A DNA stretch of 47,108 nt from Octopus bimaculoides (lineage: Eukaryota). Positions within the stretch are counted from its first letter, which is position 1. Each line of letters opens with the position of its first letter. Of this stretch, positions 22,818 to 35,400 are shown piece by piece. Made by a program: the position numbers and the translations under genes. The notes below the pieces were generated by a model, which was not told the origin of the DNA, did not search any database, and saw only the letters and a list, made by a program, of their open reading frames with translations. The DNA is taken from positions 108,127,782 through 108,174,889 of the forward strand of contig NC_068987.1 in the NCBI RefSeq assembly GCF_001194135.2, read 5' to 3'.

Positions 22818-23327
22818 NNNNNNNNNNNNNNNNNNNNNNNNNNNNNNNNNNNNNNNNNNNNNNNNNNNNNNNNNNNNNNNNNNNNNNNNNNNNNNNNNNN
22901 NNNNNNNNNNNNNNNNNNNNNNNNNNNNNNNNNNNNNNNNNNNNNNNNNNNNNNNNNNNNNNNNNNNNNNNNNNNNNNNNNNNNNNNNNNNNNNNNNNNN
23001 NNNNNNNNNNNNNNNNNNNNNNNNNNNNNNNNNNNNNNNNNNNNNNNNNNNNNNNNNNNNNNNNNNNNNNNNNNNNNNNNNNNNNNNNNNNNNNNNNNNN
23101 NNNNNNNNNNNNNNNNNNNNNNNNNNNNNNNNNNNNNNNNNNNNNNNNNNNNNNNNNNNNNNNNNNNNNNNNNNNNNNNNNNNNNNNNNNNNNNNNNNNN
23201 NNNNNNNNNNNNNNNNNNNNNNNNNNNNNNNNNNNNNNNNNNNNNNNNNNNNNNNNNNNNNNNNNNNNNNNNNNNNNNNNNNNNNNNNNNNNNNNNNNNN
23301 NNNNNNNNNNNNNNNNNNNNNNNNNNN
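22818..23327. other. Assembly gap (N) flanked by (AT)n
   Basis: N-run. Confidence 0.99.
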
Positions 23328-25599
23328 TATATATATATATATATATATATATATGCATAAATAAGTAAATAGATATATATATATAAATGGCTATAGAAAC
23401 ACATAACTCCATCACACATATATATATAAATATCTGTCATGTATGTTGGTTTGCCAGCAATTCAGTAATCATTAGTGGATTAGGTTGTATTGGCCATGAC
23501 CTATGGTTACGAAAACTGTGATATTGCAAAGCCCAGGCTATAATCATAATCCCTATCGGCGCTCATGTATTGAAAAAGCTTCAGTCGGAATGTTGAACTG
23601 TCAGTATATACAATGTCACTTGTATAATAACAGAATCTGAACTACAATGTTATAGAAAATGTTATTAAAATCATCAGATGTCAACTGTATTTGATTACGT
23701 ATGATATATTCAACCGTTTGTGATTTGCCGACGTAGTACGCAGTTTCTAAGCTATTGGAAGTGTATGTTAGGGCCAGAATAATCCTTGTTCGACTAATGC
23801 CTACAACTCTGTGTACACATTATTTTTCTAATAATGTACTTACTGGTTACTTCGGAATGAAATCAATTTTATAATTTGGTTTGGCACTTGAATTCCTGTC
23901 TTATGCATTGCTTAAAAATTATGCAAACACTTTTTTTCTTGAAAGTCTATAAAGCGTCGAGTACTGTTTATGCTTTTCTCATTTGTAACAAAGCAGGCAT
24001 GAGTTTTTATATCAGATTATATATTCAGATCAATTCAAAAGGGAATAAGCTATTTTCCCCACACTTTACAACCAGGAAAATTTCACCTCTTGTGTCTTTA
24101 CTATTTCAGGCAGTATAATAATTCATTTCCTAGTTTATTACATCTACCTGATTTTTGAACTCCCTTATCAAAATTTACCGTGTTCATATTATTCAGGCTA
24201 AGTCTCTATTTTGAGAACTTTCTCTTTTATTTTCAGGTATAGTCGCTAATCACTTTTCTCTGACTATACCCTCAGAAACTGACGACACTCTGGTAAATAT
24301 TAAATCACCCACTTCTGCTACCACTCTTAGAGAAGGAAAAAAAACTAAATCATTAATTGACCTGATTATGGCCTTTGCGTGCTGAACTAAATGATAAATT
24401 ACTAAATGGTCACGACTAACATTTGACAGTCACTCTATGAAGAGAATATATCATTGACCCGTAGTTTACCGGAGGCTACCATACATAATGTGGCGAGCCA
24501 AAAATAATTTTTAATTCATTTGAAGCTGGAGGACATATCTTCTTTTCTTTTTTCTTTTTTGAAGAACATTAAATATTTGGCGATGAAACATCGAGTATTT
24601 TGTTTACAGTGTTCAGCATTTTTTCAATAATACTTCGACATCACAAGTGTTTTCTACTTCGATTTCTTTGATTCGTGCTTAGAACATTTCTCATCACAGA
24701 ATGAATGTGTCAGAGTTAGCAATTTCTCGATGTTTGCTCAAATTAGTATTCACTACGCTGGGTTTGTTTGTGTCTTTAAGATTAACATTAAGGTTAAACG
24801 AGACTCTAAATTCCTAGAATCCATATCAACCATCTCGTTATACAGCAAGAAAGTCGTCTTCATATTCAATTTTGATATTTTTTCATGAAATTCTTTTAAC
24901 TTTCTCATTCGAGTAGTTTAGCTGTTTAGTGAATTGTGAAACTTAAATGTAATGTTGACACACGCATTTTTCAAAACAATGTTCAGATTTCTTCAAATAT
25001 TCTTTTAAATTTCGAAACACATTTTTTCCATCATTTTATCAAGCCTATAACCATTTAACCTGATGGAGTAACATTTTATTTTTAACTTGATAGTGCAACA
25101 TTTTATTTTTAACTAAGTAAATGTTTTCGCTTTTTTTTTTTTCTTACAACTCAAAAATTCAAAGGTTTTAAACTTTTCATTATAGCGTATCAAGTATATG
25201 AACATTTACTGGGGCTGAAATTTAACTGATAACAGTTACATCATGAATAGGCTAAGTGCTATTAACAACTTTACAGCAGCTTGTGACTTCATTTCAAACC
25301 TGACTGTTGGTACTTTAGAAAATGATAAAACAGCGAATAGAATCCATTCGAAACTACATGGTAATAAATTCAATCCCACTCTATCATATTGGTCAAAATT
25401 CTTCAGCCGTTGCTACGGAACGAGGAATACTTTTTGAGTAGCGTATAGAAAATGAAAACTGCGCGGAAACCCGTTGTTTATAAGTTCCTAAAACATATCA
25501 ACAATTTTGGATTCTCGTCTGGCTAAAAGTGTGTTTGTCGTATACTGTCCTTTCATATTAACACATGTGATTTTTGTAGATATTACAAAAGGATATTGA

Positions 25600-26770
25600 A
25601 ATTTTGATCATTAGATTTCGGCATCATCAATCAAATGTCTGTTCTAGTGTGTAGTTAGTTAGTCAATGATGATATCTACGTGCTTCTTTTAGCCTCCAAA
25701 TTAGCATGTTTCACAAACGATTTTAGCTGTTTTTAGATTATTGCTTCTACTATCGTTAGTCGCGCTTTAAAACTAATGGAAAATGCATTGCACGATCGAA
25801 CGTATCACAGAACACAAAACTTGAAATATAAATTAGGTAGGACAACAGCACATCACCATCAATACCACGCTGAATTATTCGTAAAAATCTAAATGACTTA
25901 TTACAGGAGCAATCAATGTAACAGATTACAGTGCTAATATAAGCACAGCGAGATCATGCTCTAATCAGAAACAAACCTTAAAAAAAGGCAACACTTTAAT
26001 TCTTACATTAAAAGGCTAACAGTCGAAAATAATAAATAAAATTTCCGCCAGTGATGTCTACAACAATCCTATTAATCCTCTTGCAATTACGATGCAATAA
26101 CAAGTACCAACTTCACTTCATTCGGAAGCTGATGCAGTGCTGATAGAAGCTATGTTGATGGATTTGAGAACTTTATAGTAATGACCTAAGAGCAAGGAAA
26201 TCTTAGGAGAATATGAAAACAAAAATATTGAGAAGGATAAAACTAGTGGACAATCATATTTTCATTACAGCATTTTTCGTGGGATATCAGGAAAATACCT
26301 GGGAATAAAATGAATGTGGCATGATCCGCATAAACGCTGCCATTCCTACACGAAACCGCAAGTAGATCATTCATCAACAATAGAAAAAAACACAGAAGTA
26401 GAACGCTCAAACATCGGAGGACACCCGGTTTGATTTTGTGTGCTATACAATATATACGACAGATACGTAATCTAATATGAAACTATCAACCCAATACAAA
26501 TATGGAGTATTTAGCTGTTCGGTTTTCCTAGACATTCGTGTTCCCGATATTGTCGAAGTCTTTGCTGATGACAATTCTCCATAGATCTGGTAGGTGTGAT
26601 TATGATGATGTTGTTACAGAGTGTCTTCAATATCTTTGAGATGTTAAAATTCGGAGCCGTAATTCGATAGCTGACAGAGTGAAAGAGGTTTCGTATTTGG
26701 GGGATAAGACATCCAGTGAAAAAGAGAAGAGAGGGACTGGTGAGATTAGTGAGGATAGGCACTTTCAGGT
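25600..26770 (-). mobile_element. Heavily decayed CR1/Jockey-group LINE reverse transcriptase
   Basis: Minus-strand motifs in the correct order: ISKDFD (26569-26552, cf. ISKAFD); YLYWVDSFILD..SVV (cf. LCxWIxSFLSDRxIxVV); IKPGVLRCLSVLLLCFFLLLMNDL (cf. INSGVPQGSVLSPxLFLLFINDL); YADH (26332-26321, cf. YADD). Confidence 0.65.
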
Positions 26771-26986
26771 TCATTGCTTCAGAATAACGAAAAGAAATAT
26801 ATCAGATTCAATGGAATTGTATGTTTGAAGCAATCGGAGGTATTGTCACCCATGCGGTACAGGTGTCCTAGTTGTGAGGATGTGGTGCAGAAATGGATAG
26901 ATTCGAACATTAACATGCTGTTATGCAATGTGGAGTTGGGTGCAAGGGAAGCAGCAAGAGGAAAAACTTTCTCCGAAGTAGTATCG

Positions 26987-27026
<40 letters not shown>

Positions 27027-27734
27027 NNNNNNNNNNNNNNNNNNNNNNNNNNNNNNNNNNNNNNNNNNNNNNNNNNNNNNNNNNNNNNNNNNNNNNNNNN
27101 NNNNNNNNNNNNNNNNNNNNNNNNNNNNNNNNNNNNNNNNNNNNNNNNNNNNNNNNNNNNNNNNNNNNNNNNNNNNNNNNNNNNNNNNNNNNNNNNNNNN
27201 NNNNNNNNNNNNNNNNNNNNNNNNNNNNNNNNNNNNNNNNNNNNNNNNNNNNNNNNNNNNNNNNNNNNNNNNNNNNNNNNNNNNNNNNNNNNNNNNNNNN
27301 NNNNNNNNNNNNNNNNNNNNNNNNNNNNNNNNNNNNNNNNNNNNNNNNNNNNNNNNNNNNNNNNNNNNNNNNNNNNNNNNNNNNNNNNNNNNNNNNNNNN
27401 NNNNNNNNNNNNNNNNNNNNNNNNNNNNNNNNNNNNNNNNNNNNNNNNNNNNNNNNNNNNNNNNNNNNNNNNNNNNNNNNNNNNNNNNNNNNNNNNNNNN
27501 NNNNNNNNNNNNNNNNNNNNNNNNNNNNNNNNNNNNNNNNNNNNNNNNNNNNNNNNNNNNNNNNNNNNNNNNNNNNNNNNNNNNNNNNNNNNNNNNNNNN
27601 NNNNNNNNNNNNNNNNNNNNNNNNNNNNNNNNNNNNNNNNNNNNNNNNNNNNNNNNNNNNNNNNNNNNNNNNNNNNNNNNNNNNNNNNNNNNNNNNNNNN
27701 NNNNNNNNNNNNNNNNNNNNNNNNNNNNNNNNNN
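27027..27734. other. Assembly gap (N) flanked by (AT)n
   Basis: N-run. Confidence 0.99.
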
Positions 27735-29204
27735 ATATATATATATATTTATTTATTTATATATAATTATATATATATATGAACTTTAGGTTAGTTAAAA
27801 TATGTTTGTCACATATTTCAACTTTGTTCCCTAACTGATTCTCAGGTGCAACGTTTCTTGCTGTTTAGCTGTATTCAATGGGAAATATCTGGGCAGGATT
27901 AAAGTCGTAGCTTCAAGTAAAACACAAGGTCAACATTGATTGAGTAGCGCCATTAGACCACCAAGTCGGGTGAAATTTAGTAGTATCAACGCCATGTAGT
28001 ATTTAGGCAGAAGCGAACTTTAGGAGAGTTAAAATATATTTGAGACATATTTTGAGACAGACTCACTGCATTAACGTGGAGAGAAAATTTCTCTTTTGTG
28101 ATAAAAGTTGAATAAAAATGTGTTTATCTAACCTAACTTCCGCTTTTGACTAAACACAGCTTGGTGCTGAAACTGCTGAATTTCTCTCGACCTGGCAAGT
28201 CTAATAGCGCAACTCATTCAATATTGTTAGAAGTTATTAGTGTTAAAGAAAAAGTTCCTCGTCGAAGCTCTACCTGAAGGAAAAAAAGCTGAGAAATTTC
28301 ACTGGAAAATTCTAATATACCCACTCCTTCAAAATGAGAAAAAGAATACTAAACAAGCTTGTGCGAGATACAGAAAAAGGGACTCTGACAGCCGAAAAAC
28401 TGCTCGATTGAACCAAAAGCGGCAAGGTAATTAAAATCCATTACGCAATTATACAGGGACATGAAGTGATATTCAGTGTTGAGAGGGAGGGAGACAGAGA
28501 GAGAGAGAGAGAGAGAGAGGGGAAGAGAGAAAGAAAGAAAGAGTCAGAATGAGAGAGAAAAAAGGAGAGGAAGAGAGTGAGGGAGAGAAGGAGAGACGAA
28601 CTGATAGCCAGAGTCAGAAGACAGATAATTTGTCTTCCATATTAACAGGTAATAGTTGAGAAATCGCTTAGGCCCACCAACTGCGATGTTTGCCGAAATG
28701 TGAAGATGATGTAAGCTCTTTTGTAAATTTTTCGAAGTGTATTTCGAGTGCAACATTATCGAGTACAAATTCCAGACAGTTAAGTAGACAAATTTTAGTA
28801 GTAATATTACCCGAAGAATATATTTCACAGTAATTCAACCATACTTTTATATATGCAGGGGTACATCGCTTCAACATGATATCTTCCTTTAATCTTTAAT
28901 AAGATGATAAATATTGATGGTGCACCGGAAGTAAAAGAAAACAAAGAATCTTTTTCTGCCAATGTCATCTGATAATCACGTATAAATCCTCTTCAGTCAA
29001 TGATTGAAAAAATGGTGGAAAGATGTGACTGAACAATGTTCTGATTAATATGACTTTTTCATGGACTTCTGTTAAAATATTGCCTCTGGTGGAAACATCA
29101 ATGCATACTGTAAAATATTTTTCATGTCTATCTAGCATATATATATAATATATTCCTCTATACACAATCATACAAAATAATCCACCTTTTTTTGTATTTA
29201 TTTT

Positions 29205-29208
29205 TACT

Positions 29209-29276
<68 letters not shown>

Positions 29277-29384
29277 TATGTGTGTGTATACATACACACA
29301 TATACACGTATATACATATATACACAAATATACATGTGTATTTATACATATAATAAATGTATATATATACATATATACACACAC

Positions 29385-29417
<33 letters not shown>

Positions 29418-29440
29418 TATATAAATGCACACACACAAAT
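29205..29440. repeat. Compound (AT)/(GT)/(AC) microsatellite
   Basis: Direct reading. Confidence 0.95.
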
Positions 29441-30212
29441 GCGCACACACGTGGACACATTTTCGGTTTTAGTTAATGATTCACTCTGTGGTCAGGCGAT
29501 ATACTTCAAAAGTAAGCAACATTGGCACAAGGCCACGACTCTCTTACTAAGATCTAGTCGATGATCGCTGCCAATGACTTCGTTTTACGATCGTGAAAGG
29601 ATGAAAGACGAAGAATTCGGCACGATTTGAACTTATGACATGATGCATCACAATGCTACAATTATTCGTTATGACTTTTTAAGGATTCTGAAATCCATAG
29701 CATTTGTGAAGGTATTTCACCTTTATTTTTTGAATGTAAAACTGGTTCTGACTTCAGTGCAGTAATTTTTAAAATGGATGGCTACTGTTTATGTAGAATA
29801 TCCAGCCAAAATTTAACCGTTCTAACTTTAGACTTGTACATCATGCGATTTGCATTTGAAACGTATGCGAGTTATATGCTAATAGTTGAAACTTGTTATG
29901 ATAGTATTATTGCTTTCATTCTCAATCGTCTATATCTGTAGGGTATTCTACAAAACTTGAAATACTTTTTGTTAATGTTTTTCTTTTAGAAGTGAATTAA
30001 GATCACTTCTATTGAGGAGAGAGTACACCAGTAAAAAGTCTACAGAATAATTAAAAGATTTTTAAATGGACTAGAAGAGCAAATTAGTGATGAATATAGA
30101 TGCAAACACAATCCTACAGATTCATTAGACGTTATTCCTATTGAAAGTACACATATTAATCGCCATATATAATATATCAATGAAATACAAACCACCTGCA
30201 CACAATGGTACA

Positions 30213-30425
30213 AATAAACCTTTCTACTATCGTCACAAAGCTTGCAATCATTGGTAAGGGGGATCCTTGTTTATATCGACCCCAATGAATAACTAGTACT
30301 TATTTCATCGATCCTGAAAGGATGAAAGACAAAGTTGACCTCGACGGAATTTGAACTCAGTACGTAAGGACGAAAGAAATGCTGCTAATTATTTTCCCGG
30401 CATGCTAACGCTTCTGCCAGCTCAC
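30213..30425 (-). mobile_element. Family B SINE, full length
   Basis: AATAAACCTTTCTACTA tail; GAAAGGATGAAAGACAAAGTTGACCTCGACGGAATTTGAACTCAG; head ...GCTAACGCTTCTGCCAGCTCAC. Confidence 0.88.
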
Positions 30426-30679
30426 AGCTGAAAGTGTGAGACGCTTACATTACCCAGGTTTCCCAAGTGGTCACCAACCGGTGCATTCAAAGTGAAATGG
30501 CCATAAGCGACGTTTTATTATTTGTACAATGGTATAAATAATAACACATCTCTTAAAAGGGAATGCAATTTTCGTCCAACCAAATCATAATACTAGAATT
30601 ATATTACAAAAACAATACGGTTAAAACTTCACTTTTAACAACATATCTCATGCATACAGACTCAAAAAGAATCTAAAAA

Positions 30680-30830
30680 GGACTGATATAATGTATAAAA
30701 TGATTAGTAAAAGTGTAAGTTGGAAACTTCCAGTTTCAACTCTTACATTGGTCAGACAAGTACAACCCACACTCGCAGACTAACCGTGCATTTAAAACAA
30801 GAAACACACCCAATGCATTCCACCACACTT
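30680..30830 (+). mobile_element. Penelope-like GIY-YIG endonuclease relic
   Basis: TDIMYK (cf. TNVVYK), then SFNSYIGQTSTTHTRRLTVHLKQ (YIGQT at 30744-30758; cf. YIGxT...RLxxH). Confidence 0.65.
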
Positions 30831-32034
30831 CCTAAAACATAGCTTGGAAAACTGCTGTATTGGAATATATACATATATATATATATTTATATTAGTTTAT
30901 GTATATATTAATATTATCTCAGTTTTAAAAAAACCTTTGACAATGTAGGTATGTTAATTGTTACCAGAGGTAGCAACATTACACTAGAAACCAAGATATC
31001 ACAGCCGTTTTACAGGTAGAGATACCAAGTTAAAGTGATACATTTTGAGAAGATATGAATAATAATAATAAATGGAGGAAAATGCATATAAATAAAAGGA
31101 ACTTTCATTTATATGCGTTTTGGTCCATTTATTATCTATTATATATAGTTATATATATTTATGTGTGTGTGTGTGTGTACGTACATAATTCCAGGAAACG
31201 ACTCAACGGTGCGCGCACACACACACGTATGGATACTTGTGTACCGGACAACGCATCGCCTTCATAAGCGAACCACAAAGGAAAAATGATAGTCTCCTAG
31301 CTAGCTTAACTGAAAACCTTGGTGACCTTTTTTTAACCCCCTTAAATTGAAATATATCGAAGTTTTAAAACCGCCTGTATCGATGGAAAAAAACCTCTAA
31401 TGCAGTACCTTTCAAATTCAGATTCACTGCCTAAAGACCATATGGCTCTCTGTATGTGTATGTCTATTCGTGTGTATGTGTGTGTGCTAATCCAGTACTA
31501 TAATGTATATAACTAATAATATAAACGCATTATGGTGTTTTAAAATCACATGGCTTTATACGATATGGTTTGATAATTTAAAATCTATACGATATTTATA
31601 TTTATGAGCTGTTCCAATGAAATAATATTATACCAACAGAGAATTAACAACACATCTATTTTACATCTGACTGAAAATTTTCAACTATCTCTACCGTATA
31701 TAATGCATCTATCCATATATAAACAAAATAAAATGTATATAATTCGTTTGTTTCAATATAAATGTAGGATACGAAATTGCCTGCGTGAAAACCGACAATT
31801 CAGCGCACAAAACTTACTATCAGCAACTTGAATCTCATAGCTCTCAACTTGCTTCTCTCGCAATTTGTCATTGAAACTATGAAAATATTTTTTAAAACAT
31901 TTCATTTAAATTTTTCCACAATTTAACTGCTTTTCATGCTTGAATAAGTCGCAAAGACTGAAACCGGTACTAAAAATGTTCTTCAGGATGTAATTATTTT
32001 AGCATTTTCTAGCTTATCTTATTATATATATATA

Positions 32035-32302
32035 NNNNNNNNNNNNNNNNNNNNNNNNNNNNNNNNNNNNNNNNNNNNNNNNNNNNNNNNNNNNNNNNNN
32101 NNNNNNNNNNNNNNNNNNNNNNNNNNNNNNNNNNNNNNNNNNNNNNNNNNNNNNNNNNNNNNNNNNNNNNNNNNNNNNNNNNNNNNNNNNNNNNNNNNNN
32201 NNNNNNNNNNNNNNNNNNNNNNNNNNNNNNNNNNNNNNNNNNNNNNNNNNNNNNNNNNNNNNNNNNNNNNNNNNNNNNNNNNNNNNNNNNNNNNNNNNNN
32301 NN
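32035..32302. other. Assembly gap (N); probably hides the outer ~14 bp of the mariner left TIR
   Basis: N-run abutting TIR-like sequence. Confidence 0.95.
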
Positions 32303-33009
32303 TGAGTATCCGAATTGTTGCACGGTAACGAAGCTAAAGCACGGAGTGAAACCGTTACGTATGGAGACGGGTGTATGAACCAGACACAAGTCTGCGAGTG
32401 GTTCAGATGTTTCCAAAATGGCCGAAAAAGTCTCGTTATTGACAAACGTTCTGGGAGACCCACAGCCAGCAGAACTGAGAAAAACTCAGATGTCTGTGCA
32501 GCTGCGAGAGGAAATCGTCGAATCACCATCCGTGAGCTATCAGAGGATGTGCAGATTAGTTACAGGGCAGTTCAGTTCGTTATCACTGAAGATTTGGGTA
32601 TGAGACGCGTGTCAACCAAGATTGTGCCAAAAATTCTTTCAGCTGACGAAAATGACAGTCGTGTTTCAGTTGCACAAGATCTCCTTGATGGTGTCGAGAA
32701 CGCAGAAAACTTTTTGAAAACTTCACGTAGGCCTCTGAGCAGGCATCGCCAAGCTTTTTGCAGAATTTCATGCAGATTCTCTGCTCAACTTTCTCTGTCA
32801 TATTCAGTGCGACGATTACACGCTACATACGTTCCTTCTGAGCACTGCTGTAAACAGCAGAAGTGAGCTAGTACGTGAAAACTTAGTGCGTATGAACAGA
32901 TGACTGAAAGGTCAATCTTTGCCAAGCAGCTCTATGCTGCGGGTTTTATGGTACGTGATTTAGCTTTGTTACTTTGGCAACAATCCGGATACTTATTGAT
33001 CATACCACG
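32303..33009 (-). mobile_element. Non-autonomous mariner (Tc1/mariner) derivative with an internal inversion and no catalytic domain
   Basis: Inverted repeats at 32303-32343 and 32954-33009, the latter followed by TA. Transposase N-terminus MTEKVEQRICMKFCKKLGDACSEAYVK on minus (32801-32721). Its continuation YGDGCM...EWFRCF...RSGRP...RRITIREL...EDLGMRRVSTKIVPKIL...NFLK is on plus (32360-32719). Confidence 0.9.
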
Positions 33010-34239
33010 TATATATATGTGTTTGTGTGTCTATGAGTGTGTGTGAGAAAGAGAGGGAGTGCGTGTGTGTGTGTGTGCGCGAGAGAGAGAGAGAGAGCGC
33101 ATGTGTGTGTTTTCATGTGGAATTTGAATGTGTGTTTGTATGGATTCAAAATTTCTGGAAACTAGAATTTGAAAACTGAATAAACATAGATTTCCTATTC
33201 TTTCATTCGTTCGAATACAATGATTCCCGTCATCGCTGCTTAGAGATTCTTGCTATTAACCGATCCTCGGAAGAAATTGATTGTTTGAAAAAGTTTTATC
33301 TAATATATCATGAAGCATTATATTTCTGAAACATTTAAGGAATTCCAGAATCAAGTGAATTATAACCGAGACATATTCTAATAAACACACACACACACAC
33401 ACACACACTCACACACACACACACATATATATATAAATTTTAATTGGTCAAATAATTTCTAGATTTTAGATTTTTTAAAAATATTTATAGAATAGTGTTG
33501 TCTAAGAAGTATTTGAATTTATCAATCTGGAAGCGAAATGTATCACATGAAAGCTTAAAATGGATAGTAACCTAAAACCTTGAACTACTACCTAACACAT
33601 CTCGACGACCACACGGGTACTTTCCCTATGCTCTAAGTTGTAGTATAATCGCTCACGCATACTCAAATTTGCACGTAATTACTAAAGAAACTTTGGTGTT
33701 CTACAGTTAGAATTAGAAAATGTAGCGTAACCCCGGTGATGGAATAATAGCATGTTACATATAGAATGGATTAATAACATTATTGATAAATCAGATATTT
33801 CACATCCTTCAGTTTGATACGTGGAGTTTTATCCCCTTATGAAACATTGCATCTGCACGTTTTATTCTTCACAAATATCATTGTGATCCTTAAAAATTCA
33901 GACACCATGATCGTTCTCTTATTACCAAGTCCCTCTTGTTTTTCATTTAGTTTTTTCAGTAGTGTAGCTGTATAAAAATGAGAATAAGTTATGGTTACGT
34001 ATGAGGAGGCAGGGCTGTATGAAAACATTATTTTATGTTTTAAATTTGTTGTATACAACGTTTCCTGCTGTTGGACAGAGGTATATAATGAGATGAAGTG
34101 TTATTCCTCTCAAGAAATGTGAAGGCGTATAATGTAAATACATCTACTAGAAGCTATTATTTGAATGTTCCATAAATTCTATGTATAAATTCCTGTTCAG
34201 TGTAAGTTTGAAAATGGTAATTATTTTAGACATAACTTT

Positions 34240-34420
34240 ATGCCTAGACGCTATTAATTTTTCACCTCATCATAAACCTACAGACAAGTTCCGTCTATAT
34301 ACATACGAAGAGCGTAGGCCCGAAACATAAAAGACTTTCTCACTTCTCGAGCGTTAAACTAATACATCTGTTTGTTATTTACACACCCGTCTTCGACTTT
34401 TGTTTTTTTGTAAATTCTCA
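34240..34420 (+). mobile_element. Penelope-type terminal repeat relic with a degenerate hammerhead-like motif
   Basis: CATACGA-AGAGCGTAGGCCC-GAAAC at ~34302-34326, followed by a T-rich tail. Class assignment is inference. Confidence 0.4.
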
Positions 34421-34879
34421 CGATATATATATATATATACATGCATAACTACATACATACATACATATATATATATTTATATTTATATCTATATTAATAA
34501 GACATCTAAGAATTATTCACGATATTTCCTCGCAGTTTCCTCTCCAATATTAGCTGAAGTATATTTATCTCCAGATACAGATGCTTTTACAAAATTTCAT
34601 ATATCACATTTCTTTATTAAATAATTTAATCGTAGCAGGTTTTTCTATAGAATGCAATAAATGTAACAGGCCTAAAGCTTACAAACGTAGAAATAGAAAC
34701 AGAAAAATTGAGTGATATTATCAAATCTTAAATGCTCAATGTTGGCATGAATGACGAAAGAGTTTCTTAAGAAAGTCCAAGTTCATTTTACAAAAAATTA
34801 TAGGTATTAAAAACTCACTTGTAGAAATTTTGTTAAATTCTGTTATTCTTGTTGCCAAAATATCAGCACTTCATTAATA

Positions 34880-35400
34880 TAACAAATGGAAATATCTTGT
34901 GATAGAAGAGCCAAAAATATTTGTAATTTCTTGAAAAATCGTACCACCTCGGTTATTCAGAACTGTCTCGCCATTTGGTATATCATGACAATGGGTAATA
35001 TATTTAAGATATGCTTTTATTTGCACATCCAACCGGTGTTCAACCGAATCAATAGATATGCTACAGGATTTTCGAAACATATTTGCGGATTTAGGCAAAG
35101 TAGAGACAGTACATTAAATATAAAGCGATTTATGCTTGTCGTTGTATGTTTTTAAAGCATGATAACGCTAGAAAGAAAGTCAATTGTCATCTTTGTTTAA
35201 TGTAGAATTGGATTCTACATCCTGAGTAATCTTTGCATAAATTGGAAAATTTCTTGCGTAGTATTCATAAAGTAGACCGGCTGTAGAAAAAATTCCGATG
35301 TAAAGATTCATACTCGACAATTCCATCTCTGTTTCCTGTTTACCTATTTGTTTTCTGTCTAACCATTTCTTCTATGTCGCGTTGCAGGTAGTTTTTCATT
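34880..35400 (+). mobile_element. Decayed CR1-type RT relic
   Basis: GNIFK...FNRINRY...FSKHICGFRQSRDST (cf. GKIFEKIIFNRI...QxGFRxxxST), then GFYILSNLCINWKIFLRSI (cf. GFYPSLCxxIxSFLxDRSI). Confidence 0.45.

Noticed and set aside
28544-29130. Minus-strand ORFs vaguely like Penelope RT (LEFVLDN, ISANIAVG)
   Set aside because: No catalytic YxDD or ordered motif set; similarity too weak.
32315-32866. 183-aa ORF as a functional or domesticated transposase
   Set aside because: Starts at a TTG inside the TIR, lacks the true N-terminus and the DDD domain, and runs into antisense sequence; a by-product of the inversion.
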